A DNA stretch of 64,000 nucleotides from Hemiscyllium ocellatum (Eukaryota): the NCBI RefSeq assembly GCF_020745735.1, contig NC_083445.1, forward strand, positions 26,224,324-26,288,323, written 5' to 3'. A program made the translations under genes and the position numbers. Of the stretch, positions 37,930 through 52,064 are shown piece after piece. Numbering within the stretch: the stretch's first letter is position 1; every line of letters starts with the position of its first letter. Under the pieces are notes generated by a model. That model searched no databases. It saw only the letters and a list, made by a program, of their open reading frames with translations, and had not been told where the DNA came from.

Positions 37930-39530
37930 CTCTGAACTGAGAGATTACAAGCCCCTGTGTACATGACTAAAGGATAGTCCCAGAGTTTACTAGAAAATTG
38001 AAAATATGTTATGTTTGGCTGTGAAATGGATACCTGAGGGTTTTTGTTTTGCTGTTTTGACAACAATTCAAATTAAACCAATCAGTAATAATTATGCCCC
38101 AGGATACTAAAAGGCAGTACAGTTTGAATGTGTTGCATTGCTAACATTGAACCAATGAAATGATCTGATTTTGGGAGGTATAAAATGTAAACATTCTGAG
38201 AATTGGTCAGACGGCAACTGCTGTGGAGAGAGAAACTCATCGAGAGATAATTGCCCACCTAACACCTTGTTGTCAATGAAATTCGAAAGCACTCTCTCTG
38301 AAAAGGACCTTTCCAAGTGAAACTTACTCTGATTAAAAAAGAAAGAAGACAAAAGAAAGAAATCAGCAACTGGAAGAGTGAAGACACAGAAGGAGACAGC
38401 GACTGTGTGGTTTTGAAATTAAGCTGATGTAATTTTAGTAAGTGTCTTGTTGGTGCAGCATATTGTTGGAGGCAGATAGTAAGCAGTTAAGTGAAGGGCG
38501 GCTTCGAGTTCTGAATAGTTGTTGTTTGATGCTCAGTTAAAAATTAATTGATGTTATTTTCTTTAAATTGTGGAATTTAAGAGTTCACTGCTACTCATAT
38601 TTTATCAGATCATGAAGCAAGGCGAGTTGCTTCTGGATGTTTGGTTTAATAAACAGAAGGGTTTACTGCTATGCTGGAACAGGTATGGGAGTTTCGGCTC
38701 GAGATTTGGACAGGCTTTGATAAATCCAGTCATGGAGTTTGACAGGTTTGACCAGATTTGGGGTGTGAAAGATTCAAGCATATTTAAATACTTGTCAATT
38801 TATGTCCTACATCTTTAAATAAAACTTAGGTTAGAAAATTTCCTTCATTTCGGTTACTTCTGGTTGGCTAAATTAAAAGTGAGGGAAATGGCTTATAATA
38901 TTGCTCAGAAGTTTCTGGGGTTTGAAGATGTTTCCCAAATTTTTCAAGAAAGTTTATGAAAACAGAGCAAGATATATTTTTGGAATGACCAAATTGGGTT
39001 TAACCAGGGACAAAGAAAAGCTGACGTTATGATGGAGTTGATCATGCACTTAGGTATATCAGAGAAACAGGCAAGTGCAGTAGAGTCAGAAAAAAAAATT
39101 CAATTGAGGCAAATGGGAGGGAAGATAAAGAAAGTGAGAGAAATTTCGTGGCTGAGCAAAGATAAGGAGGAAGAAAAGAAAGGGAGAGAGACTTTGAAAT
39201 TCAGACATTGCTAATCAGTCAGGAACCTCAAGTTAACAAGATGAAGATGAAGGAAGCTACTAATATTTACAAGTATGTTAAAAGATTGCCACATTTTGAT
39301 CAGAAAATGTTGAAACTTTTTGTTAAATTTCATTTGAAAAATTGGTTATGCAGATAGAGTGGTCAGAGAACTTGTCAATAATGTTAGTTCAGACTAAGCT
39401 GGTTGGAAGAGCTAGTGAGGTATTTGCAGCACTGTCAGATGAGGGATCAAGAGATTATGCAGATGTCAAAAAGGCTGTTTTTGAATGCTTATGAATTAGT
39501 AATAGAAGCGTTTAGGTGGGGGTTCAGATG
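37800..39530 (+). mobile_element. Gmr1-like LTR and gag 5' fragment
   Basis: Gag remnants MAYNIAQKFLG and LVQTKLVGRASEVFAALSDE...KKA. The LTR boundaries are approximate. Confidence 0.65.
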
Positions 39531-39544
39531 TTCAGGTGTCAGGT

Positions 39545-42500
39545 CTCTCGGGGGCAGAGCATTTTCGGGATAGTGATCAGAACTCCATGACATTTAGGAG
39601 GCTCTTGAAGGGGATAGGAGCAGATACAATTAGTAAGTATTTAATTGGGGAGGGGGAATTACAAAGCCATTAGGGAGGAACTGAGGCACCTAAATTGGGA
39701 AACATGTTCTCAGGGAAATGCATGACAGAAACGTGGAGGTGTTTAGGAAGCACCTGCTGACAGTGCTGGATAGTTTTGTCCTACTGAGGCAAGGTAGGAA
39801 TGGGAAGGTGAAGGAACCTTGTGTGACTAGGGGTGTGAAACATCTAGTAAACAGGAAGAAGTAAGCTTCGTTAATTCTGAGGAAGCAACGATCAGCCAGC
39901 GCTTGAAAGTGTTACGAGGTAGCCAGAAAGGGACTGAAGAATTGACTTAAGAGAGCTGGAAAGGCGCATTAAATAGCTTTAGCAGGTAGGATTAAGGAAA
40001 GCCCTGAGACATTCTACACGTATGTGAGGAAATAGAGGATGGCTAGACTGAGGTTAGGGCCACTCAGCGATAATGGAGAGAACTTGCACCTGGAGTCAGA
40101 CGATGTAGGGGATGTCCTCAATGAATACCTCTCTGCAGTATTCACTATTGAGAGGGGCTTTGACATTTCTGAGGGTAGTGGGGATAGACTGATACGCGAG
40201 AACAGGTTGATGTGAGGAAGGAGGATGTGCTGAAATTTTGAAAAACATAAGGATAGATAAATTACCTGGGCCAGATGGGATATACGCAAGGTTACTACGG
40301 GAAGTGTGGGAAGAGATTGCTGTACATTTGGCGATAATATTTGCACCTTCACTGTCAGCTGGAGGAGTGCCAGATGATTGGAGGGTGGCAAATGTTATTC
40401 TGTTGCCCCAGAAGGAAATAGGGATAATCCTGGGATTTACAGACCAGTCACTCTTATGTCAATGGTGGGCAAAGAATCAGAGAGTACTCTGAGAGACAGA
40501 TTACTTGGAAAACGATTAGAGATAGTCAGCATAGCTTTATGAGGAGCAGGTCATGTCTCACAAACCTTAATTAATTCTTTGAGGATGTGCCAAAGCACTT
40601 CGATGAATGTAGCACAGTAGATATGGTGTACATGGATTTTATTCAGGAATTTGGTCAGGTTCCCGCCAGTTGGTTAAGTCAGANNNNNNNNNNNNNCAGC
40701 AGAGGGATGAAGAACAGATTGGAACAGCAGATCCTGGAAAGGTGCAGATGTCACAGTTGTTGTTGTTATGGGTGATTTCACTACTCCAATATTGATTGGA
40801 AGCTCCTCTGTGCAAGTGGTCTGGATGAAGCCGATTTTGTCAGGTGTGCCAAGGAGGGATTCCTGACTCGATATGTAGATAGCACAGCAGTTCAGGTTGC
40901 TTTTCCAGCAGCAGTCTAATCTAGACTCTGGTTTCCAGCATCTGCAGTCCTTGTTTTTATCTCTTTTGCGTTACCATTCCTGGAATGTCTCAGTGGGACA
41001 AAGTTTTCCAATGCTCGCAACAAGTGCTCTTTAAACAGTCTCCACATTTCTGTTGTGCATTTCCTGTGGAACAATTGTTCCCAATTTATACTCTACAGCT
41101 CCAGTCTAATAGCAATAGAATTTCCTCTCCCCAGTTAAATACCTTCCCATACTGTCTGTTCTATGTCTCTCTATGGCTGTGGTAAGGGTGAGGCAGTTGT
41201 CCTCACTGCTCCTCGGATGCTGCCTGAACTGCTATGCTTTTCCAGCACCACTCTAATCTAGACTCTGGTAACGTGGAAGAGCCTTGGATGACAACAGAAG
41301 AGAGCTTTTCATTGAGAGGAAGAAGGAAGTTTACTTAAGGTTTAGGAAGCAAGGATTTGATATTGCGTTAGAGGACTACAGGGAGCTAGGAAATAATTCA
41401 AAACTGGACTGAGGACAGCTAGGAGGAGGCATGAAAATGCCTTTGCAGGAAGGATTTGGGATCATCTACATAATGAACACGAGAATGATCAGAGAGAGGG
41501 TAAGCCTGATCTGGGATAGTGGAGCGAACTTGTGCCTGGAGTCTGAAGAGGTTGGGGAAGCGCTACATGAGTCCATTGTTCCAGTATTCACTAAAGTGAG
41601 GGACCTTGCTGATAGTGAAAACACCATGGAGCAGGTTAACAGGCTTGAACAGATTGATGTTTAGAAAGTGGATGTGCTGGTAATTCTGGGAAGCATCAAG
41701 CACGATAGGTCTCCTGGGCAGGACCAGATATATCTGGGTTACTACGGGAAGCGAGGAATGATTGGTGGTGATCTTTTCATCCTCACTCTCCATGGGGGTG
41801 GTACCAGATGATTGGAGGAAGGTTAATGCTGTCCTTCATTTCAAGAAAGGGAATGGAGAAATCCCTGGAAAATCCCTGGGAATTACAGATCAGTCAGTCT
41901 GTGGTTAGCAAGGTACTGGAAAACTTTCTGAGAGATAGGATTTATGACTTTTTGGAAAAACATAGCTTGATTAAAGATATTCAGCATGACTTTGTGAGGG
42001 GCAGATCATGCCTTTTTGAGACTTTTTGAGTTCTTTGAGGACATGACAAGACAAGTTGGTGAAGGTTGAGCAGTGGATGTGGTGTATGTGGATTTCACGA
42101 AGGTATTTAGTAAGGTTCCCCATGGTGCACTCATTCAGAAAGTAAGGAGGTATGCAATGTAGGGAATTGTGGCTGTCTGGATACAGAATTTGCTGCCGAA
42201 AGAAGACAGTCAGTGATAGTGGATGGAAAGTATTCCACCTGGAGGTTGGTGACCAGTTGGGACCTACAGGGATCTGATCTTGGGTCTCTGCTCTTTGTAG
42301 TTTTATAAATGACTTGGATGAAGAAGTGGAATGGTGCAATAATAGATTTTCCGATGACACAAAGGTCATTGGTGTTGTAGATCGTGTCGAGGGCTATTGC
42401 AGCCTACAACATGACATTGACAGGATACAGAGATGGCCGAGAAGTCCCAGATGGAATTCAACTCTGATAAATGCAAAGTGATTAATTTTGGAAGGTTGGA

Positions 42501-43230
42501 TTTGAACGCTGAACACAGGATTACAGACAGGATTCTTGGCAGTATGGATGAACATGGACATACACCCCTCAAAGTTGCCACCCAAGTTGATAGGACTGTT
42601 AAGAAGGCGCAAGATATTTTGGATATCATTAAAGGGGGATTGAGTTCACGAGTCATGAGGTTTTGCTGCAGCTCTATAAACCCTGGTTCAACCACACTTG
42701 GAATATTGTGTCCTGTTCTGGAGCCTCAGTATAGGAAGAATGTAGATGCTTTAGAGAGGGTGCAGAGGGGATTCATCAGGATGCTGCCTGGATTGGAGGG
42801 TTTGTCTTATGAAGAAAAGTTGTGTGAGCTGGGGCTTTTCGCACTAGAGAGAAGGAGGAAGATAGGTGACTTGATAAAGGTGTACAAGGTAATGAGAGGC
42901 AGAGATAGAGTAGGTAGCCAGAGACTTTTCCCTAGGGCAGAATTGTCTGTCACAAGGGATCACAGTTTTCAGGTGATTCGAGGAAGGTTTAGGGGAGATG
43001 CCAGAGGTTGGTCTTCACGCAGAAAGTGGTGGGTGGATGGAGTATACTGCTAGTGGTGGCAGTAGAGTAGGAAACATTAGGGACTCATAAGCGACTGCTG
43101 GACAAGCATATAGATGGCAGTAATTTGAGGGGTTGTAGGTTAGTTTGATCTAAGATTAAGATTAAAGGCAGCACAACATCAAGGATGAAGGGCCTGTACT
43201 GTGCTGGACTGTTCTATGTTCTATAGATCT
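39545..43230 (+). mobile_element. Cluster of CR1-like LINE fragments (mostly + strand), with partial family-1 ends at about 40885-40960 and 41205-41270 and a 13-N gap at 40684-40696
   Basis: DKLPGPDGIYARLL, LERVQRGFIRMLPGL and 3' UTR motifs. Confidence 0.8.
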
Positions 43231-43296
43231 GTCTCTTTCTTTTTGGTGTCAGCTTTCCCTTTCTGTAATGTGGTAACTAAACCTGTACACCTTCAA

Positions 43297-43522
43297 AGTT
43301 ACTAATCACACAACACCAGGTTATAGTCCAATAAGTTTAATTGGAAGCACCAGCTTTCGGAGCGCTGCTCCTTCATCAGGTGGTTGTCACAACTACCTGA
43401 AGGAGTGACGCGTGGAAAGCTATTGCTTCCAATTAATCCTGTTGGATTATAACCTGGCGTTATGTGATTAGTAACTTTGTACACCCCAGTCCAACACCAG
43501 CATTTCCAAATCATGACTGCTA
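43297..43522. mobile_element. Foldback mini-element, family 2 (Penelope-like end)
   Basis: Inverted arms at about 43295-43388 and 43392-43478, a short tail, and a 13-bp TSD TGTACACCTTCAA (43284-43296, 43523-43535). Confidence 0.8.
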
Positions 43523-44519
43523 TGTACACCTTCAAGTCCGTTGAATATTTGTAACACAATATCAAGGTTTTTGCAGAGAAGGTTAAAGACAGTGTAGTAC
43601 TATATAACACATCTCATTAGAACAAAAAGTTATGTTCACTTTTTATTCTGACATTAAGCCTTCTGAAATCAGGTAGCACTTCGATCTCTCTTTATACTGC
43701 CACGTCTGACACGTTTACTGATTGTGCAGCTCACATGACATACACATTAACTTTCCCTCGACACTGCTCTATCCAGCACATTCATGTCAGATACAGAGTC
43801 TGGTTTTGATGTGGAATATAGCTGCAGTCACAAGTCACTAACAGTCCTCCAAGCACAATTGCATCACCGTTTCAAAACAGAATAAATTGCTCTCATCACC
43901 TTAATATTGGACAGCCCAGCGCATTAACAGTAAATGCTAATTATAGACTAGATATATATTACATGGAGCCATCAAGTATTCCTCAGCCAAGAACAATACT
44001 GGTGAGATAGAATGAAAAGACTTTTCATTCTATCACAGTAAAGTGTTCAAGACTTCCACTCCTGGTCATATGCTGAGTAAAGACCCCTCCACGAGTTCTC
44101 TTCAATAGTTTCAGATCAATGAATACTCAAATACACATTTCAGAGAAAACCTTGCTCCACTGACTAAACTCTATTCTGTAAGAAGTATATTAATTGGGCT
44201 AATAGGATACGTTCTTCGGCGTTGACCTCGGGTTATAAAGGAAAACCTATCGGACTGTGGAGATGAGAAGCAGAGTCCCAATTCTATTTAAAAATGGAGA
44301 TGGAGAACGCGAATGGGGAAGAGCAAAGAGGATAAAGAGACAGAAGCATTGCCTGTGTTGCTATATCTAACAATTAAAGATGTTTCTTTTTATGAAATGT
44401 GGACGTTGATTTCGCTGTGATTCTGTACTCATGTAACTTATTCATAAAAGAAAATGTTGCAACATAAATTAATATTGGAATCTGTTGAATTCTGTGAAGA
44501 CATTGCGAGTGTGGAGGAC

Positions 44520-45720
44520 ACAGGGACCCAGCAGACATGGTTTATCGAGATTATGAAAAGGCATTTACAAAGGTGGTGCACAAAAGGCTGCTGCATAAGG
44601 TAAAGATGCGTGGCATTATGGGCAAATAATTAGCATGGATAGAGGATTGGTTAACTAACAGGAAGCAAAAAGTGGGGATAAATGAGTGCTTTTCTGGTTG
44701 GCGACGATGACAAACAGTGTGCTTCAGGGATCAGTGTGGGGACCACAATTCTTCACAATTTATATCAATGATTTGGAGTTGGGGAGAACGTGTAGTGTGT
44801 CAAAGTTTGGGGATGACCTGAAGATGAGTGGCAGGGAAAAGTGTGCAGAGGACTCTGAAAGTTTGCAGAGGGATTATAGACACGTTAAATGGGAGGGCAA
44901 AGGTCTGGCCAAAGGGGTGCAATATTGATATATGTGGAATTATTCATTTTGGTACGAATAGCAGTAAACAGGACTGATACTTGAAAATAATAGCAATATG
45001 CTGCTGTGCAGAGGGACCTGAGCGTCCTTGAGCATGAATGACAGGAGGTTGGTTTACAAGTGCAATAGTAAGTTGTAATATTGTCCTTCATTGAGAAATA
45101 AATTAAGGTTAAAAGCGGGAAGGTTATGTTGCAGTTGTTATGGGCGCTGGTGAGTCCACACCTGGAGTACTGTGTGCAGGTTTGGTCTCCTTACTTGAAA
45201 AATGATGTACTGGCATTGGAGGGGATGCAGAGGATGTTCGCTACATTGATTCCGGAGTTAAAGGGTTTATCTTATGAGGAAAGACTGAGTAGACTGGGAT
45301 TATATTCATTGGAATTTAGCAGACTAGTAGCTATCCTATAAAAAAAACATATAAAATAGTGAAGGGAATAGATGTGATAGAAGCAGGGAGGATGTTTCCA
45401 CTGGCAGGTGAAACAATGACAAAAGGGCACAGCCTCAAAATTAGGTGGAACAAATGTAGGACTGAATTGAGGAGGAAACGCTTCAACTCCCAAAAAATTA
45501 TGAATCTGTAGAATTCCCTGCCTAGTGCAGTAGTTGAGATTTGGTCATTGAATGTTTTGAAGGGCGGACAGTTAATTTTTTTGAACAATGTAGGAGTTAA
45601 GAGTTTTGGTGAGAGGGTGGGTAAGAGCAGCTGAGACCACCGAAAAAGCAGCCATGACCTTATTGAGTGATAGAGCGGGATCGATGGGCGAGATGCCTGA
45701 CTCCTGTTTTTGGTTTGTAT
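44520..45720 (+). mobile_element. CR1-like LINE 3' fragment
   Basis: QGSVWGP...IYINDL...FGDD; HLEYCVQVWSP; 3' UTR. Confidence 0.8.
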
Positions 45721-48199
45721 GTTGAGATGAAGAATTATTTGCATTTTGTTACTATTTCTGTGCTGTGCGGGTGGGGGAGTATCAACGTTGTGGTACTCTC
45801 CACTCTAATCTGAGAGGCCTATTTCTGTATTTATTTACATAAACATTTCATTGGTTTCAATCAGGAGTTGATGGTGACAAAGCCAGGTGGACAAATATAT
45901 TTATTAATAAGTTTCAAATCAAAACAAGAGTTCATTTGAAGAATGTTGACAGTTGGCAGAAGTGAAGACAAATATACTGAACATTAATTACAACTGATTT
46001 TATTTACTTCCAAATGATCAACACAATTTTGAAGTTTCATATAAGCTCAGAATACAGTTCTAGAAGTTCTGCAGCCAGTCAATTAAATACTTCTGTGCAA
46101 CTGGATTTACTCTGAACATCCCACTGGTTAAAACTTTAATCCATTTCGACCTGAAAACAAAACCCAAGGGACAAAGATTGATCAAAATGTATTTGAAAGT
46201 ATTCAAAGAACCCATCCCAATTCCATCCTCTTTAACTGCTGGGATTCGAAACCCTGTCCAGGGAGCAGCAAACTGGCGCTCAGGGTAATTAGCCCAGTGG
46301 AATTACCACAGTTACCCTGAGAGTGGAAATGCAGTGGGTGCGCTTTCCACGCTGCTACAAATATAAATTCAAGAAATCAGCATGAAATCTGACATTTTGG
46401 ATTATGAATAAATATTGGAGTGTAACAATGAGGAGAATTCTTCAACTGTGTAGAACGATGTCACAGGAGATTGTGCATCAAATCAGAGATCCAAAATGTG
46501 TATTCCCGATTCTCTCAGTCTCGAAACTGATTCATCTGCTGCGTATTTACACCATTTCTGTTCTTTTTTGTTTGCTTATTTATTTCAGATTTAACCAATC
46601 TGTAGGACTTTGCACCTTTTGAACCCTTGTTTGAAATCTGAACATTGTTGATAAAGTCGGCATTAGTTATGTATTCCAGGAATGTGGTTATCAACTACAG
46701 TTTTCAAAATCTGCCGTATGATTTATCTCTCTGAAGAAAGCTGCATACAACAGGTTGACTTCTTAGTCAAGTTCAGCGGCAGTTAAGGAAGTGTCTGACT
46801 CTTGAACAGGGATGCGAGTTAAACTAGAAAGACCAGACTTTGTTGTCTGAACGGCAGTGTTGCATTATGTGAGGTGCTCTGAAATTTTAGTAAATCGATG
46901 ATTATCATTAACTTTTCGAACATTTTCGTTTCATATGTTTTAATGAATTGAAGCTGTCATGTTAAAAGCTGCGGCCTGGACTCTGGAACTTTACTGTGGG
47001 CCTTTGATAACTTATCACATTCTCATTGTGTTCTGCCACCTATGACACAGCAATTGCAGAAACAGCACTGCACATGAATGATTGAAGCATTGTCCTAGCC
47101 ATATCACCTGTACATCAGGCCTGACACATAAAGTTCATTAATTTGTTTTTGGATTCAACCAAAGATCTGCTTGTCCAGGAGGAGGTGATGATACTGTGAT
47201 AAGACATTTCTTTCTTACTGGAGTTTATTTTACAATTTTTCCATTTAACTCAGTGCATCTAATGTTCAATATATAAATAGTCTCGTCGACATATTACTTT
47301 CATTAAGGTATGATTCCTTCATAATGTCTGAATGGTCTGTTCATGTGTTCATAATGGCATATTGTAGTGTCATTTTGTTCATTTAATCATGTCAGTGATC
47401 TGCATACTCTAAGTATGATACTGGATGAAGCACACTGTTGGAACAATTCCCTCACTTTATTTCATGCCAATTTCTGTCACGGAAAATGGTGTAACAGTCT
47501 CTGTTATTCATATCACATCAGGCAATGACATTCTAACAATTACAACATGTCTTCTGAATTCTTACTGGACGAGCTTATATCGCTGTATGCCTTACCAACA
47601 GTTCATTCTCATTTATCATTGCGATTGAACCTGACATTTTATTAAATCTTGTGTCAGCTATTACTTCGTGAGGCTATGTTACTGTAGGCATTGCATTTGG
47701 TAGTATTGCCATCTCTCTGTTTATATATCATTTTACTTTGTTATTTCTTACATTTCACTTCATCCTACCTCAAGTATAACAGCCGTTAGATTTTGTATTA
47801 TTTCATCATTGTGCCATATTTTCAATGGATATAAGTAAGCACGATGTTCCACTTATGAATGCATTATTCCATACTTTTGCAAATATAGCACCTGATGTAG
47901 TTTTGTTTTTTTTTGCTGCCACAACTGGTTTTCATTAGGAAGAGATGAGAGTAGGTTTGAAGTTATTGTTTAAGTACCTCAGAAGCTCAGGGTGTTACTC
48001 TGGTGAGATAAGTTTAAATTCAGCCAGTATGATGAATGAACTAAAACTAAAGAATAAATGTGAAATTGAAAAACAATCTCAATAAAGGTGATGGTCTAAC
48101 TGTCATTGACTGTTTTCAATATCCAATCTGATCCGCTAATGTCCCACGAGCAGTGACATATTCCATCCTTCCCCAATCAGGCAGACATGATATCGAGTC

Positions 48200-48830
48200 A
48201 TTCATTCAAAGAGTCATACAGCATAGGAAGAGGCTCTTCAGGCTATCAATTTCCCGTTTATCATTAAAAACGACTAAATTCCTGTTTAGCATAACTTGGT
48301 CCAAACCATTTGTGGGGTTTCAAGTGCCAACGTGAATTTGTCTTAAATTTTGTGATGAAGGCCACATGGACCATCCTTTCAGGCAGAGAATTCCCATCAC
48401 CATTGCCCACTGGGTACAAAAAGACCTTTCAGACCATTCCAAACCCTATACCCTTCACTTTCAATGCATGTACCCTGGTTATCGATTGCTCTACGAAAGA
48501 CATATTTTGTTTTGCTTTCTGTATCACATCTTTACACATTGGAATTCTATCCATATCCCCTTTTTATGAAGTAAGGAAAACAAACTCAGCCGCTGAAAAC
48601 TGACTTTCGGTCTGAAACCTTTCAAACTAAACAACATCCTGGTGAATCTACTCTGCAGCCTCTCCTGTGCAATCACATCCACCCTGTGAGCTGACATTCA
48701 GAGTGCACACAGTATTCAGGTGGAGGCTGATTGATATTTTTATAGCCTACCATCATAATATCCCTGTCCTTGCCCTCAAAGCCATGACTAATAAAGACAA
48801 GTGTTCCATATTTGTCCATAATATCATTAT
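48200..48830 (-). mobile_element. Degenerate CR1-like 3' fragment
   Basis: 3' UTR (CATAGGAAGAGGCTCTTC) and RT C-terminal remnants. Confidence 0.55.
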
Positions 48831-49005
48831 CGACCCGTCTTGTTGACTTCAAGGAACTTTTGTTCCCTCCTTGCCTGATAAGGGCGTCACTGGCTGGCCA
48901 GCGTTTTATACACAAACCGAATTGAACTTTTGAAGATGGCAGTGAGTTGCCTTTTGAAATGTCTTTCTCCATGGTCGAATCCTATTGGTACCAAATGGTG
49001 CAGCT

Positions 49006-49290
49006 TGGGGTGGCATGGTGGTTTCGTGGTTAGCACTGCTACTTCATAGCAACCAGGACCTGGGTTCAATTCCATCCTCTGGGGAAGATCTCAGTGGATT
49101 TTGCAAATGCTCGAGTTTTCTTCTACAGTCCAAAAATGTGGAGGTTGGGTGATTGACTGTGCAACTTTCCCAATGCTCTGCAGGTTGGGTGGATTAGTCA
49201 TTGGAAATGCAGGATTGCAAGAAATAAAGTTGTTGGAGATGTGTTTGAGTCTAGATAGGATGCTGTTTGAAAGACTATCACTGACTCAAT
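49006..49290 (+). mobile_element. HE1-like SINE
   Basis: GTGGTTAGCACTGCT...GGTTCAATTCC, resembling Pol III A and B boxes. Confidence 0.75.
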
Positions 49291-49419
49291 AGACTGAGTA
49301 TTCTGATCCCCAAGTATAAGGATTCTCTGTGCTCTCACTTAACCCAAAATGCCCTAAGAAGGGGAAATTCTAAGTTGTTGTTTTTTAACTCAGTTACAGT
49401 GAAACACTAACAATATATT

Positions 49420-50470
49420 TCCAAATCAGAATGGTAAGGAACTTGAGGGGAACTTGCAGATGGTGGTGCTCCCATATATCAACTGCACTTCAGATCATGG
49501 CGTGGGTTTGTACGATGCCGTCTAACAATCATTGGTGACTTTCTGCAGTGCACCTTGTAGATAGTACACACCGCTGTGACAGAGCATGAGTAGTGAATGG
49601 GGTGCATGTGCAGGTAATCCAGCAATTAATTTATCTTGGATGGTGTCAAACCTCTTGAGTGTTGCTGGAGCTATACCCAACCAGCCAATTGGGAAGCATT
49701 TCATCACATTCCTGAGTTGTGTTGCGTCGAGAGTGGACAGGCTTTGGGAATTCGGGAGATGAGTTACTGCTGGAATATTCCTAGCCTCTAACCTGCTCCT
49801 GGATCCAGTATATTTAATGGTGAGTCCAGATGAATTACTGGTCAATGATAACCCCTAAGGAAGTGGTGAGTGGTGGATTCAACAATGCTAAAACTGTTGA
49901 ATGTCAATGGCCGGCAGTTAAATTGTCTCTTAATGGAAACGGCTACTGCCTCCATTCATGTAGTGCAAATGGCAGCTCACGCCTGGATATTTTCCAGATC
50001 TTACTGCATTTGAACGTGGACACTTTCAGTATCTGAGGATTTGTTAATGATACTGAGTATTGTGTAATCACTAACACACGTTTCACTTTTGAAACTATGA
50101 TGGAGAGAATATCACTGATGAAGAAGGTGAAGATGAATAGCCCTCAGAGACTACTCTGAGCAACTCCTGCAGAAATGTCCTGGTGCTGAGAAGGCTGATT
50201 GTTCATTATCGCGACCATCCATCAAAGCTCAAAATTTAAATCCAACCAGCAGAGAGTTCGCCTCCTAATGTCCATTGATTCCAGTTTTGCTTGGACACCT
50301 TGATACCACACTCAGCCCAGTATGGCCTCGATGTCAAGAACTGTCACTCTCACCTCACCTCTGGAATTCAGTTCCTTTCTCTATGTTTGAGTCAAGGATG
50401 TAATGAGATCAGGAGCTAAATGATCCTGGCAGAGCCCACGCTGGACGTTAATCAGCAGGTTCTTGCTGAG
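49420..50470 (-). mobile_element. Non-LTR retrotransposon fragment of a second LINE family (clade not assigned); a related 3' end lies at about 57180-57430
   Basis: ORF 49522-49845 (QLRNVMKCFPIGW...LKRFDTIQDK) looks like a LINE RT C-terminus; upstream QGSCSGSSL/FISDILSI resembles RT domains 4-5. Confidence 0.55.
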
Positions 50471-50481
50471 CAGGTACACAG

Positions 50482-50950
50482 TTAAAAATCACACAACAAT
50501 AGGTTATAGTCCAACAAGTTTATTTGGAAGCACTAGCTTTTGGAGTGCTGCGCTTTCATCGGGTGGTTGTGGAGAATAAGGTTGTAAGACACAGAATTCA
50601 TAGCACATTACAGTGTGATGTAACTGAAATTATGTATTGAAAAAAAAAACTGGGTTGTTTGTTAAGTCTCTCAACTTTTAGAACGATCATGTTGGTTTCA
50701 ATTCTTTCACATGTAAATCCCAGAATATTTTTAAAAGTTACATTCTCAAGTGCAGTTTAACAATTGGAATAATGTCAGCCCAGATAATGTATTGAAGGTG
50801 TTAGCTCCCTGTGTGAGGCTGTCTGTGCCACAATGGTCAGATGACTGTAATCTAAAAACAGATTTACCGAATCACACATGGATTCATGCATTTTTTGAGC
50901 AAAGATATATGTAATTCTGCAAATAGAAAATCACCCCACAACCTTATATG
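50482..50950 (-). mobile_element. Family-2 Penelope-like terminal fragment
   Basis: Shares AATCACACAAC...GTTATAGTCCAA...TTGGAAGCAC.AGCTTT with 43297-43522. Confidence 0.65.
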
Positions 50951-51599
50951 TGTATGTGTGCATGTGGGTATTTGTGTGTTGGGAGGGTGGGGGGTTTGGT
51001 GTCGGTTATGAGTGTCTGTGAGAGAGTGTCTTTTGGTAAAAATAAACACCCCGTGTTAGGATATAGGTTTTACTGCAGGTCACTGTTTCCAAAGCACTTT
51101 GACCAGATCTTGTCCAATCAGAGTAAAATTGGCCTTGCCCCAGTTCAAAACCTGTATTTCTCACCGATCTTTATCATTTTCCATAAATAGGTAATACCTT
51201 ACCGAGTAAACATCAGTGTCATCAAAACTTCTCCAAATGAAGTTCCAAGCTCTGACTTAGCTTCTTTCTATTAAATTCGATCCACGATCACAGACTTCAT
51301 CGAGCTTTCTAAATCCTGGTTTGAAAAGCTCCCTTGGAAAAGGTTTAAGAAATCAGCCCTTTTGGTCATTTTGCACTGTGTCTATCCCAGTCATTACTGG
51401 GAGGTAAAAATATTATTATCCACTGGTTTTTCCAATTGCCTGAATTGGGTCACATAACTGCCTTTCTATCTTCCCTTAACTGTCTGAGGTCCAGAGAACA
51501 GTCCCAGAAATCTTCTATGAAGTTACTGACTCTTAACTTCCTTTTGCAATCACCAGCTCGATACTTAGCTCAAGGAGATTTAAGGAAGCTTAAGGATAT

Positions 51600-52045
51600 G
51601 GAAATCCTGGGCCTCCTCCATCACCAAATCAAAGCCTCCTGTCTACTGCACGAGGACCACCTCATCTTCCACCTCGGGACCCTACAACTACATGGCATCA
51701 ACATTGACTTCACCAGATTCCAAATCTTCCCACCACTGACCTCATCCTAGATCCATACCAACAAATTGGCACTGCCCTCTTGACCTGACCTACCTCTCCA
51801 TCTTCCTTCCCACCTATCCACTCTCGCCTTCCCACAGACTACCACCATCACATCCCATGTACATCCACCTAAAGCCATACTGCCCACGTCCCCCTTAATC
51901 CTTCCACACCCTTTATTTATCACTCAGCATTGCTCCTCCTTCACATTTCTCATGAAGAATCTTTGACACTCCTGCTCCTCGGATACTGCTTGACCTGCTG
52001 TGCTTTTATTAATGAAGTGCTATTCAGCTCGGACTCTCCAGCATC
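51600..52045 (+). mobile_element. Penelope 3' fragment
   Basis: HLIFHLGTLQLHGINIDFTRFQI matches the GIY-YIG C-terminus of 16709-17640, followed by a degenerate family-1 end. Confidence 0.7.
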
Positions 52046-52064
52046 TGCAGTCCTCACATTCTCC

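Noticed and set aside
46404-46622. ORF with a hydrophobic C-terminus as the IgM TM exon
   Set aside because: It lacks the conserved IgM TM residues, and the nearby acceptor (TTTCAG, about 46588) leads to a stop within a few codons in the required phase.
49006-49080. tRNA genes (also near 9700, 20830 and 22540)
   Set aside because: These are tRNA-like SINE heads without a complete cloverleaf, continuing into SINE bodies.
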